The translations under genes were made by a program, and so were the position numbers. Below are positions 19,758-30,154 of a stretch of DNA of 64,000 nt, piece by piece. Below the pieces are notes generated by a model. That model worked only from the letters and a program-made list of their open reading frames with translations, made no database searches and was not told where the DNA came from. The DNA comes from an uncultured Nitrososphaerota archaeon (GTDB lineage Archaea; Thermoproteota; Nitrososphaeria; Nitrososphaerales; CADDZS01), in NCBI GenBank assembly GCA_963799845.1, contig CAWCYI010000007.1, positions 64,001 to 128,000 on the forward strand. Direction: 5' to 3'. Each line of letters begins with the position of its first letter. Position 1 is the first letter of the stretch.

Positions 19758-20842
19758 ATGGAAAATCGGTAAAACTAGCCGTATTGAAGGGGGACGGGAT
19801 CGGTCCCGAGGTTGTCGAAAGCGCCGTGGACGTACTGCGTGTCGCGGCGGACAGAAATTCTCTATCACTTGAGCTGGTTGATCTTAAGATCGGAATCGAC
19901 GCTTACAAATTATTCGGCAGGACCTTTCCTCCAGAAACGCTGGAACGAATGAAAGAGTGCGACGGTTGGATACTTGGCCCTCTATCAGCCGGATCTTATC
20001 CCAAAGACGACAAGGACTATCCTATGGCTTCTGGAAAAATAAGAAAAGAATTCGACTTGTTTGCAAATATCAGGCCGATAAAATCCCTTGCAAAAAGTCT
20101 GAACAAGAATATAGATCTGGTGATCGTTCGCGAGAACACTGAAGATTTTTACCCCGATCGAAATTTGTACAAGGGGTACGGCGAATTCTGGCCAAATGAA
20201 GATACTGTTCTATCCTTGCGCGTAATAACGCGAAAAGCCTGTGCTCGGATTGCAGAGACGGCATTCCGTCTGGCGTCGTCGAGATCAGAAAAAAAACTCG
20301 TTACCGCAGTTCACAAGTCGAACGTTCTGATCGAGGGAGACGGACTATTTCTTGAAGAGGTAAGAAAAGTTGCTGGAGACTTTCCTGATATCCGTTTGAA
20401 CGATGGTCTGGTTGACTCCATTGCGATGCAGCTCGTGACCTCTCCGCAAAGGTTCGACATCATCGTTACGACTAACTTGTTTGGCGACATATTGTCGGAT
20501 GTCGCTGCTGGGATGGTTGGGGGCCTTGGTCTTGCTCCCTCTTTGAACTCTGGCGAGAAATATGCCATGGCGCAGGCCGTCCACGGGAGCGCGCCTGATA
20601 TTGCTGGAAAGGGAATCGCGAACCCAGCAGCGGAGATCCTTTCTACCGCGATGTTGCTCAGGTGGCTTCATTCAAAATCTGGTAACGAGTCTGCTCGAAA
20701 AGCGGCGTTGGATATCGAAAAGGCGACATTCGAAGTGCTCTCCTCGACTGATAATGCAGCAGTTACCATCGACCTTGGCGGCGATGCCAGCACGAAAAAG
20801 TTCACGAACGAGATAATCGAGACGATAGAGAAAGTTAACTGA
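19754..20842 (+). CDS. Homoisocitrate / isopropylmalate dehydrogenase family protein
   Basis: GDGIGPEV, RENTE, HKSNVL, NLFGDILSD, HGSAPDIAGKGIANP. Confidence 0.88.
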   Translation: MNGKSVKLAVLKGDGIGPEVVESAVDVLRVAADRNSLSLELVDLKIGIDAYKLFGRTFPPETLERMKECDGWILGPLSAGSYPKDDKDYPMASGKIRKEFDLFANIRPIKSLAKSLNKNIDLVIVRENTEDFYPDRNLYKGYGEFWPNEDTVLSLRVITRKACARIAETAFRLASSRSEKKLVTAVHKSNVLIEGDGLFLEEVRKVAGDFPDIRLNDGLVDSIAMQLVTSPQRFDIIVTTNLFGDILSDVAAGMVGGLGLAPSLNSGEKYAMAQAVHGSAPDIAGKGIANPAAEILSTAMLLRWLHSKSGNESARKAALDIEKATFEVLSSTDNAAVTIDLGGDASTKKFTNEIIETIEKVN

Positions 20843-20878
20843 TCAATAGTTTCGAAAAAAAATTGAACCATTCGAGAT

Positions 20879-21056
20879 TTGAAAACTAGCTTGCAAGAAA
20901 CGTCTTCTTCTGGAAAAGCACAGTCAACCAAGAAAAAGCCCATCTACTGTCCGATGTGTAACAGCGAGATGACTTACTTACAGACCTGTCACGTTCGATG
21001 TGAAATCTGCCGGGTGTGAGCTTTCTTGTGAGGACAAGGATTGGTTCTGGGGCTGA
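20879..21056 (+). CDS. Small Cys-rich Zn-finger protein, frameshift near 21011 (not in ORF track)
   Basis: ...KKKPIYCPMCNSEMTYLQTCHVRCEIC continues as GCELSCEDKDWFWG if one C is removed. Confidence 0.6.
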
Positions 21057-21162
21057 TCGGATCCCGAGGTACTCTTAGACAGAGTCGTATTCGGCCTCTG
21101 GATGCCGGCCTCAGCGGAATTTATAAGCGAAAGTGAGAACGAGAAAAAATTAGTAAGTTTTT

Positions 21163-22539
21163 TTGGCTACGACAACCAGAAAGTTCTTCGGTACTAACGG
21201 TATCAGAGGGATACCTGGAAAAGATTTAAGCTTAGAGTTCATCGCCGAGATGTCCCAATCCATAGGGACTTTCTTTGGAGTTTCGAAACCGATAATGGTC
21301 GGGAATGATTTTAGAAATTCCTCCCCCGCGCTGGCTGACAGCGTAGTTTCAGGTCTCCTGTCTGCCGGGAATAACACGAATTCCGCAGGTCCTGCCCCGA
21401 CCCCCGCACACCAGTTTGGCGTTAGAACACTTGGATACGGCGGTGGAATCATTGTAACGGCCTCTCATAATCCCGCGCAGTACAACGGAATCAAACTTGT
21501 CGGATCCGATGGGGTGGAAGTAAAAAGAAGCGACGAAGCTGCGGTCGAGTCAATTTATCTAGAAAAGAGAGCAAACCGTCCCGACTGGCAATCGGTTGGT
21601 AGAGCAGGCAAGGAGACAAGAGTCGTCGAGAATTACATTTCAGGGATAATGTCCCAGGTAAACGTCGCCAGGATTTCGGAGAGAAAATTTACTGTCGTTC
21701 TCGATATTGGTAACGGAGCTCAGGCAGTAGCAGCGCCCTATTTGTGCGAGCGACTCGGCTGTAAAGTAATTACGGTTAACGGACAACCGGACGGTAACTT
21801 TCCCGGACGGGGGCCTGAACCGACTCCTGCAGTTTTGAAGGACATGTGCGAGGCTGTAAAATCCTACCATGCAGATTTCGGAGTCGCCTACGACGGTGAT
21901 GGGGACAGAAGCTTGTTCTGCGACGAGAACGGAGAAATCTACTGGGGAGATAGAACTGGCTCGATGCTCGCTGACTATTTGCTTTCAAAACATCGAGGAG
22001 GCCCGGTGGTCACGACGGTAAGCACATCTTCCTTGGTAGGATTGGTCGCAGCGAATCACGGCGCCCGTGCAATCTGGACTACCGTCGGAAGCGTTGACGT
22101 ATCGCGAGCAATGATTGACAATAATGCTCCACTTGGTCTCGAGGAAAATGGAGGATTTTTCTATGGGCCTCACATTCCTGTGAGGGACGGAGCAATGACA
22201 ACCGCGATCGTCTTGGAAACTCTTGCGGCAAAGAAAGTTAGTTTCTTTCAAGCAATCTCCAAGTTGAAAGTATTCTATCAGAAGAAATCAAAGTTCGAAT
22301 GCCCTAAAGACAAGAGACAAAACGTCATGAAAATCTTGGAGAATAATACTAAGGGAAGAAAAGTTGATCGAACTGACGGTTTGAAGATCTGGACCGATGA
22401 TAACAGTTGGATACTGTTAAGACCAAGCGGGACTGAGCCGATCATCAGGATATATTCGGAATCGGACAGCGAGGAAAAGCTTGAGAAAATGTACGAAGAG
22501 TACGAGCGCGCGCTCAAAGAAGCAATAGAATCAAGCTAA
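21163..22539 (+). CDS. glmM: Phosphoglucosamine mutase / phosphohexomutase
   Basis: FGTNGIRG, TASHNP, DGDGDR, RPSGTEP. Confidence 0.88.
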   Translation: MATTTRKFFGTNGIRGIPGKDLSLEFIAEMSQSIGTFFGVSKPIMVGNDFRNSSPALADSVVSGLLSAGNNTNSAGPAPTPAHQFGVRTLGYGGGIIVTASHNPAQYNGIKLVGSDGVEVKRSDEAAVESIYLEKRANRPDWQSVGRAGKETRVVENYISGIMSQVNVARISERKFTVVLDIGNGAQAVAAPYLCERLGCKVITVNGQPDGNFPGRGPEPTPAVLKDMCEAVKSYHADFGVAYDGDGDRSLFCDENGEIYWGDRTGSMLADYLLSKHRGGPVVTTVSTSSLVGLVAANHGARAIWTTVGSVDVSRAMIDNNAPLGLEENGGFFYGPHIPVRDGAMTTAIVLETLAAKKVSFFQAISKLKVFYQKKSKFECPKDKRQNVMKILENNTKGRKVDRTDGLKIWTDDNSWILLRPSGTEPIIRIYSESDSEEKLEKMYEEYERALKEAIESS

Positions 22540-23522
22540 TTTTCAGACTTGAAGTGTAGCCAGCCTCTTCTCGCGATCAGCTTATCTTCGAAGCGTACTT
22601 GGAAACGTTTGCCCCGGCTCTCCTTCACGACGCCAATCGTCGAAATTCCGAATTTCGCCACATCCGGCTCATGTTCGGGACTGTATGTGCATACCAATTC
22701 GTACTCTTCCCCACCGAAAAGGACCAGTTCGGAATCGACAAGGCCATTTTCCGTCGCGAATTCGCTAACACCCGAGTGCATCGGCAAGTCGTTCAAATCA
22801 AAGCATACTTTGCTCGATTCAGCTAAATGATAGAGAGAAATGGCCAGTCCGTCTGACGAATCTATGCAGCTCGAAAGATAGCGTGATACTCTCAGACCGA
22901 CATCGAGTCTTGCGTTTGGCTCGAGAACGGATTTGATAGCAGTTTCGGAAAACGATTGATCCGATGATTTCGCCTTGTTCAACAGAAGCAAAAGACCGGC
23001 ATGCTGGATTCCAAATTTACCGCTGACCCCAATTAGATCCCCCGGTCTTGCTCCCCTGCGTAGAACCAGCGAATTCGCAAAGCCGAATATTGAGCAATCT
23101 ATTACTGGATCTCGACTTGTAGCATTGGTGTCGCCCCCAACTATCCTTAGCTTATACTCAGATTCAGCTGATGCAAAGCCCTTCGCTAGGTCAAGGACAT
23201 ATTTTCTTGTAGCGAGCTCTCTTGGAAGGCCCAGCGATATAAGGCAGTACTCAGGCTTGACTCCTTTCGCTGCAAGATCGCTGACACAGGCTACTATCGA
23301 CTTTCTTGCTATTTGCGCGGGTGTCATTTGGACCGGCGCATCGGTAGTCGCGACCAGCATGTCCGCTTTTCCGACAACGAATTTCTTTTTTGAATTTGGA
23401 ACCCAAGCCGCATCGTCATCAAAAGGATCGTTTGCGCTTTTCTTTCCGAACCTGCCCCAGAGTAATTTTATGATTGATTCTTCATCAAGGGGTGCGTCCT
23501 CGTTCAAGACTGATCTACTCAA
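22536..23522 (-). CDS. thiL: Thiamine-monophosphate kinase
   Basis: DDAA, SDLAAKG, GGDTN, DSSDGL, GGEEYEL. Confidence 0.92.
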   Translation of the reverse strand: MSRSVLNEDAPLDEESIIKLLWGRFGKKSANDPFDDDAAWVPNSKKKFVVGKADMLVATTDAPVQMTPAQIARKSIVACVSDLAAKGVKPEYCLISLGLPRELATRKYVLDLAKGFASAESEYKLRIVGGDTNATSRDPVIDCSIFGFANSLVLRRGARPGDLIGVSGKFGIQHAGLLLLLNKAKSSDQSFSETAIKSVLEPNARLDVGLRVSRYLSSCIDSSDGLAISLYHLAESSKVCFDLNDLPMHSGVSEFATENGLVDSELVLFGGEEYELVCTYSPEHEPDVAKFGISTIGVVKESRGKRFQVRFEDKLIARRGWLHFKSEN

Positions 23523-23525
23523 AAT

Positions 23526-24851
23526 CTAACTGGATTTCAGAACGTCAACGGCAATTTCATTTATCTTGCGGATATAGTCCTTGACAAGTTCTTGGGATCT
23601 TTCAGGGCTCTTCGCCTCGGCAGAGACTCGCAGAACGTTTTCTGTGTTGGACCCACGGATGAGCACCCAGGACCTGTCGCTCATTCGAACCTTCACGCCG
23701 TCCGTCAAGTCCGGTTCACTTTCCGTTTTGGCCAGCACAGCGAGAATTTGTGGAGCGAGACTCATATCAATTTCAACCCTGCCCCGATCCTGATAATAAT
23801 CAGTAAACTGTGAGAGAAGATCAGAAAGAGAGCCTCCAGACTGAATGAGTTTCAGAATCATCGTGGACGCATAAACGCCATCCCGGCAAAGGACGAATGA
23901 AGGCTCAATGTATCCTCCCGAGCTTCCCTCTCCACCGGCACCGCAGTTATTCTCGATTATTTTTCGAACTACGTTGGGCTCGCCAACCTTCGAATAGATG
24001 ATCTTGCCATTGTACTCCCGGACCAAGTCTTCGGCCGCCAGCGACGTGTCAACGCTAACTGCCACCTGTCTATTCCGAGTGTTCTCTAAGAAGTAACGAA
24101 GACAGATCAGCAGAGTCACATCCCCCGTGAGTTTTTTTCCTTTTTGACTTACAATTACGAGTCGGTCGGCATCGCAATCGTATGCAAAACCCACGTCGCA
24201 ATCTGCTGAAGTCACAAGATTTGACAAAGCGATCAACGGATCGACGGTCGGATCTATGATCCTAGGAAATATCCCAGGCGTCCCGTGCAAAGAATGAACG
24301 ACGCAGCCCTGATAGGAAATTATTTGAGGAATGAAGAGAGAACCGACACCGCCGGCCAAGTCAAGCGCAACCTTGACGCCCTTTGCAGAGTCTTTTCCAG
24401 CCTTGTTTCTAAGAATCTCAACATACGACGACCGATTCGGAAAAGATCTGCCAAAATGTTGAGAACTGGTGATTGGAGATCTTCGAATGGATTCGAGTTC
24501 CGGCTCGAAGATGCCACGGCCAGGACGAATTACAAATTTTATTCCATTCCACGCAGGTGGATTGTGGGACGCGGTTACAATAACTCCGCCGTCGAGTCCT
24601 CTGACTGCGACTTCTTTGAACACGCTCGGGGTAGACGAGTACCCGAGGTCGAAAACGGTACATCCAGTTTGAACCAGCCCGGAAATCATAGCTGATTTCA
24701 GTGTGAGGGAAGTTTTTCGAGTGTCGGCAGCGATAGCGACGGTTCCTCCTTTAATGTAGTTTCCAAACTTAAGCGCGTAGTGAGTCGTGGAAACTTCGTC
24801 AAGATCCTGATTCACAATTCCGCGAATTCCAGAGACCGAAACGATTGCCAG
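23526..24851 (-). CDS. Second phosphohexomutase (PMM/PGM family)
   Basis: TASHNP, DCDADR, RGSNTE. The conserved N-terminal SVSGIRG lies upstream of the tracked start, in frame from CTG 24851. Confidence 0.88.
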   Translation of the reverse strand: MAIVSVSGIRGIVNQDLDEVSTTHYALKFGNYIKGGTVAIAADTRKTSLTLKSAMISGLVQTGCTVFDLGYSSTPSVFKEVAVRGLDGGVIVTASHNPPAWNGIKFVIRPGRGIFEPELESIRRSPITSSQHFGRSFPNRSSYVEILRNKAGKDSAKGVKVALDLAGGVGSLFIPQIISYQGCVVHSLHGTPGIFPRIIDPTVDPLIALSNLVTSADCDVGFAYDCDADRLVIVSQKGKKLTGDVTLLICLRYFLENTRNRQVAVSVDTSLAAEDLVREYNGKIIYSKVGEPNVVRKIIENNCGAGGEGSSGGYIEPSFVLCRDGVYASTMILKLIQSGGSLSDLLSQFTDYYQDRGRVEIDMSLAPQILAVLAKTESEPDLTDGVKVRMSDRSWVLIRGSNTENVLRVSAEAKSPERSQELVKDYIRKINEIAVDVLKSS

Positions 24852-24959
24852 ATCGCATGCACCTAAAAATTAGTAAGTAAACAAATTGCTTCAGGACAAG
24901 AGATATTAAATAATCTTGGGAGAGTGCCTCTTAGAAAACTGATCAGCAACCAGAACTTT

Positions 24960-25072
24960 GCCCTGGTAGCTCAGCCTGGTCAGAGCGATTGCCTCGTAAG
25001 CGAACTGATTTCAACCTGATCAGAGTGTGCAGAGAAAGCAATAGGTCACGGGCTCGAATCCCGTCCAGGGCT
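24960..25072 (+). tRNA. tRNA-Thr(CGT) with 38-nt intron at 37/38 (24999-25036)
   Basis: GCCCTGG/CCAGGGC acceptor, ATTGC/GCAAT anticodon stem, anticodon CGT at 24995-24997, TCGAATCC T-loop, BHB-like junction. Confidence 0.93.
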
Positions 25073-25205
25073 CCCTATAACATCGCATGATTCCTTCTCT
25101 CGATATCTGAACCGACTTGCAGGGCATATGATTAGAATCGAACTAGCCAGTAGCCAGTCATAATAGGTGAAAGACTTTTGTAATTAATTTCCTCGGCGAG
25201 TTGCA

Positions 25206-25508
25206 ATGCCACTAAAGATTGAAGGTTTGGATGTTCCAGACAATATGGTAAGAAGCTTGACAGCTTTCGCTGGTGGGGGTGTTTTCTTTGATGCCGAAGC
25301 GCTTACAGAGAATGACCGTACTATATTGAATAAGCACTTGGGTAATTTGCATAAAGGCGATGTTGTCAAACTCGATGGATATTCAACAGATGAGCACGCT
25401 CCACTGAATGGAGCTTTTCGAGTGGACAAGATTGACCTAAGAGAAATACATCTTCCGGGCACAACTCGAAAGAAGCTTCACTGCGCTATTACATTTCATC
25501 TTGCATAG
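25206..25508 (+). CDS. Hypothetical protein downstream of tRNA-Thr
   Basis: 100-aa ATG ORF; no recognised motif. Confidence 0.55.
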   Translation: MPLKIEGLDVPDNMVRSLTAFAGGGVFFDAEALTENDRTILNKHLGNLHKGDVVKLDGYSTDEHAPLNGAFRVDKIDLREIHLPGTTRKKLHCAITFHLA

Positions 25509-25654
25509 TCAATTCGCTTCAACCACAATGTATCTCAAAAGCTAGGACCGAATCAGTCACACGTAGCGCAGTGACGGAGAAATCATTCCAATAATCTAGG
25601 AAAAGTGTTCCTGAATGCTAAAATACTGATGTCTCGTCCGCCACACCAGGTTAA

Positions 25655-26532
<878 letters not shown>

Positions 26533-26561
26533 CCAAAGTTTAATCGTTCTCTGTACTTTAG

Positions 26562-26596
26562 GGCGATGACCTCCCTAACTTGGGGAGTCATTCGCC
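26562..26596. other. GC-rich hairpin between convergent genes (terminator or small-RNA element)
   Basis: GGCGA-TGAC-c-TCCCTA-act-TGGGGA-GTCA-t-TCGCC pairs over about 15 bp. Confidence 0.5.
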
Positions 26597-26707
26597 AGCT
26601 TATTTGATTTCTCATATTACCAGGAATCGAGTGGGTGAGGGAATACTAATTTCGGGGATCAGGAGTTTCGAGTGAGTGAGCCAAAGTCTGTTCACTGCCC
26701 CCAGTTT

Positions 26708-26809
26708 TTACGACCTGTTTGTTCGTTTCTTAGGTCTTCTGATGTCGCCATGAATCGCGCGGCGATGGGCCTTCTTCAAACGTCGTTGTTCTGTTTTCTT
26801 TCTTGCCAT
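26708..26809 (-). CDS. 33-aa highly basic micro-protein (not in ORF track)
   Basis: ATG...TAA frame MARKKTEQRRLKKAHRRAIHGDIRRPKKRTNRS, 15 K/R. Confidence 0.65.
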   Translation of the reverse strand: MARKKTEQRRLKKAHRRAIHGDIRRPKKRTNRS

Positions 26810-26864
26810 TATTAAAATCGAATCTTCTGCGCGCGAAGATGTCTAAAGGATTGCTGATTCATTA

Positions 26865-27344
26865 CTACAGGCTGGAGAGAATCTCGTCTGTATGTCCATC
26901 GACCTTGACGCGCCTAAAGATCTTTTTTATTTTGCCTTCCTTGTCGATGATGAACGTTGATCTCTCTATTCCCCAATAGTCCTTCCCGTAGTTATTCTTG
27001 AGCTTGTAAACGCCGTATTCGTCCGAGACCTTGTGTTCCGGATCGGAAAGGAGTGGGAAATTCAACTCGTACTTCGTCCTGAATTTCGCGTGAGAATCGA
27101 GATCATCTGTACTCACTCCCAAAATTTGAACACCCTTTTTCGTGAAATGTGGAAATGTGTCTCTGAACGAGCAAGCCTCTTTTGTGCAACCCGGAGTATC
27201 ATCTCTGGGGTAAAAATAGAGAACCACCGCTTTCTTTCCTTTGAATTCGGATAAGGAGTAGGTGTTGCCGTCATCCGATTTGAGATGAAAATCTGGAGCT
27301 TTTGCTCCTTCTTCTAATTCTTTGTTATTTGAGGACACAATCAA
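26865..27344 (-). CDS. bcp: Peroxiredoxin Bcp/PrxQ
   Basis: YFYPRDDTPGCTKEACSFRD, ERSTFIID. Confidence 0.95.
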   Translation of the reverse strand: MIVSSNNKELEEGAKAPDFHLKSDDGNTYSLSEFKGKKAVVLYFYPRDDTPGCTKEACSFRDTFPHFTKKGVQILGVSTDDLDSHAKFRTKYELNFPLLSDPEHKVSDEYGVYKLKNNYGKDYWGIERSTFIIDKEGKIKKIFRRVKVDGHTDEILSSL

Positions 27345-27426
27345 AGTTTGGGATTCTCCCTCTTATTGAATTTGCTCTTTATGCAAGAAAGCTTAAGATA
27401 CTGAATCGAACCGGTTGTTGCCAATC

Positions 27427-27597
27427 GCGGGGGTCGCCCAGCCTGGTCAAAGGCGCAGGTGGTTTGCATTTTCGAAAACAATTTGCAGACCTGCGACACT
27501 GAGGATAATTGCTGAATTCTAAACGTTGAATTCCAGCATTGGAGCAGAACTCCTGTCCCTTAGGGGTTCGTGGGTTCAAATCCCACCTCCCGCACCA
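27427..27597 (+). tRNA. tRNA-Leu(GAG) with two introns (27460-27497 at 30/31; 27505-27549 at 37/38) and encoded CCA
   Basis: GCGGGGG/CTCCCGC acceptor, long variable arm, GGTTCAAATCC; spliced anticodon arm CAGGA-CTGAGGC-TCCTG; BHB motifs at both junctions. Confidence 0.9.
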
Positions 27598-28042
27598 CCT
27601 CATAATATCGACAACGATAACCTTGCCAATGTACAGAGTGTATTACAAGTGTATGACAATCCCCTAGTGCCTCCAAGTGAGGTTCACTATGAGAAACGTG
27701 AATATCGATTGGGATCGCCATCAAGATCGAAGGAGAATAATTCGAACCTTTTTATCCCAAGGACTAAATGCGATTCAATGGTTCAGACTCGTCAAGCGTG
27801 GATATGAATGAGATGCTATTTCTCAGTTGTGTAATCAGGCTTCTTTTCTCATATCCCGTCGTATGACAGGAAGGCATGTTGGATTGTGTAGCAAGGATAT
27901 CTTTTCACTTTCGTAAAGAAGCTGAATGAAAATTGTCTGTTACACTTGTGGAGAACAAAATGAGATTGTCATCGATTTCGGCTATTCTCATCTTCTATGA
28001 TTAGTGGTTCGATTTATAAGAGCTGAAAACAGCAAGCGTCAC

Positions 28043-29300
28043 ATGGATAGTTCTAGTCGTTTAGACACTGACAATTCCAAAATTATTTCAAAATTAGTTG
28101 GTATACCTCTTCTTGTTTTGCTATTGACGCTTGCACCATTTCTTGCTTCGGGATTCCTAGTCCGAACAGATGCACAAACCAACTTTCCAAACATTATCTC
28201 GTACAGAGTCGACGGAGCTCCTAATTACACATCTCCCGGAAGTGAACCGTTCTGGAGTTCCATAAATTGGACCGAAGTGCCACTTGCCGCTACTGTCTCA
28301 CCTGGAGGTGGACACACTCCAGATGTTCTGGTTAAATCAGCCAACAACGGTTTTGATATTTACATGCTCTTTAGATGGAACGACACTGCGGGTCCTTCTT
28401 ATATGGCCGATAATGAAATATATCGGGCTCCTAATGGCTCGCTCCTAGGTCTTACTCCTCAATCCACTGCGAATGTTACACAACTGTACTACAATTCAAC
28501 TTATTATTATCCGGACAGAGTGGCAGTACCTCTGGTTTATCGCCCCACTGTCTGAGCAGGAGCAATCGCCTAAGATGATGTTGGGAAGCGACGGTGCAAT
28601 AACAGGCGGAGCAGCAGAAATATGGCACTGGCAGTCCAGTCCAACCGACAACAATCCAAATGATACCGGATTCCCCGGCGGTTACACAGACCCTACCAAC
28701 AACACGATCTATCCTCTGGATAACCTCTCTTTTGCTGAAGACGATTACACGAACACGACAGGATTCTACGTTATCGGAGGAAGTTTCGGCGGCTCATCTC
28801 CAAACCTTGATCCATATGCAGACCCATTCCTCATACATGTAGGAAATTCCTATTCCTTCACAAACAAGACCTGGACCGTTGAAATGGTCAGGGCGTTCCA
28901 GACTTTCGATAATGCGTCAAGTTACAGGGTACAACTTTCAACAGGCTCAACCTATTACATGGCGATGGGAGTTTGGCAGGGACGGTTAGGAGAGTCCGCC
29001 GATATAAAGTCAGTCTCACTATGGTACACTCTGACGGTATCTGATCAATCCCCCGTTTCATCGATCCCGACAATCACGACCACTGCAGCCTATGGATCTT
29101 CGACTTCAACGGTGACCTCGACGAAAACCGTCACAGTCACAGCAAACACTACAACCGAATCTACCAATAGCGGAGGCATCACATTCAATTTTGCCCTCAT
29201 AACTGCTGTTGTGACTCTTATCGTGGGTCTAGTCGCCGGAATGGTGTCGAGACCAATCCGAGAGGCTCCGCCAAGTAAGTCAATCCAACACGAGACCTAA
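28043..29300 (+). CDS. Membrane-anchored extracellular EB_dh / DOMON-like heme-b domain protein, frameshift near 28529
   Basis: Signal peptide; MLFRWND, YPDRVAV(LWF), EIWHWQS, WTVEMVR, MGVWQG motifs; Thr/Ser-rich stalk; C-terminal TM helix. Confidence 0.7.
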
Positions 29301-29398
29301 TTTTGGCTTGTTCGTCTGTTTTCTCGCGAGAATAACACATGCATTACCGAAGTTAAATTTCACGACCCAAACAGGAACTGGTCAGATTCTGAACAGTG

Positions 29399-30154
29399 CT
29401 AACTTGGTTTCTTCGCGATCCTGTCTGCGATTATTGGCTCCAAGATGGCGCTCTGCTCACCAAGAATGAAGATCTTATCATAAACCATCTGAACTTTTCC
29501 CCACAATCTGCTGAGGGCTCCTCTCTGAAGCATCGACTCCATGTAATCCTTGGCCCTGCCCGTTGCTTCTTTTTCTTCATAAACGATTTCCAAGTTCGGC
29601 CGATCCAAGATATTCCTGTTCGCGCCGAAGAAGCGCTCGAATCTATCAACATCGTTCTTGTTAATTTTGATCGGCCGCATGTCCACGTTTTTTATTGCGC
29701 TCAACGGGATTTCGTAAAATGTACCTGATACTCCTGAGAGCAGATTTGCATTCTCCCCTAGTTCTGAGGCAGACAATTCGAAAAGTTTCAGGAAAATAAT
29801 CCTCTTGCTCGTCATGTACACAAAGCAGGATGAAATTGACACGGGGACCTCCTTTCTTTCCTTGCCGACGACCTTCTTGATCTCGGCTTCTTTCACGAAA
29901 ATAACGTCGGTGTGAATGACTCCATTGTGAAGAAGGGTCTCACCGCTCTCAAGTGTTTTGTAAATTCCCACGAGGTTTGGGATGGCGGGAGATTCTATCG
30001 TCGCTTGGATTATCGGCTGTGCCTGCTGTGTTCTCAAAGGAGCAACTGCTTGGCTCTTCTTGGCGCCTCCTCCTGAATCTAGAGGGTGACCGCAGTTTCC
30101 GCAGAAAGTTACGTCTTTTTCAGTAAGCAGCTTTCCACAATTAGGACAGTACAA
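29399..30154 (-). CDS. Zn-ribbon protein with C-terminal PH/GRAM-like domain
   Basis: MYCPNCG...FCGNCG double ribbon; VYMTSKRIIF and YEIPLSAIKNV are typical of bacterial-PH/GRAM folds. Confidence 0.65.
   Translation of the reverse strand: MYCPNCGKLLTEKDVTFCGNCGHPLDSGGGAKKSQAVAPLRTQQAQPIIQATIESPAIPNLVGIYKTLESGETLLHNGVIHTDVIFVKEAEIKKVVGKERKEVPVSISSCFVYMTSKRIIFLKLFELSASELGENANLLSGVSGTFYEIPLSAIKNVDMRPIKINKNDVDRFERFFGANRNILDRPNLEIVYEEKEATGRAKDYMESMLQRGALSRLWGKVQMVYDKIFILGEQSAILEPIIADRIAKKPS

Noticed and set aside
24937-25024. Similarity between the tRNA-Thr leader (AACTGATCAGCAACC) and its intron (AACTGATTTCAACC)
   Set aside because: Too short and gapped to distinguish from chance.
26562-26596. 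SECIS element, fluoride riboswitch or C/D box RNA
   Set aside because: Neighbouring bcp has ordinary Cys codons. The fluoride pseudoknot 3' motif and properly spaced CTGA D boxes are absent.
27302-27807. ORFs spanning tRNA-Leu, and 52852..53094 spanning tRNA-Arg
   Set aside because: They overlap clear tRNA genes and are spurious translations.
27600-28004. Integrated element or gene after tRNA-Leu
   Set aside because: Only short fragments (for example MKIVCYTCGEQ); no integrase and no duplicated tRNA 3' end found.
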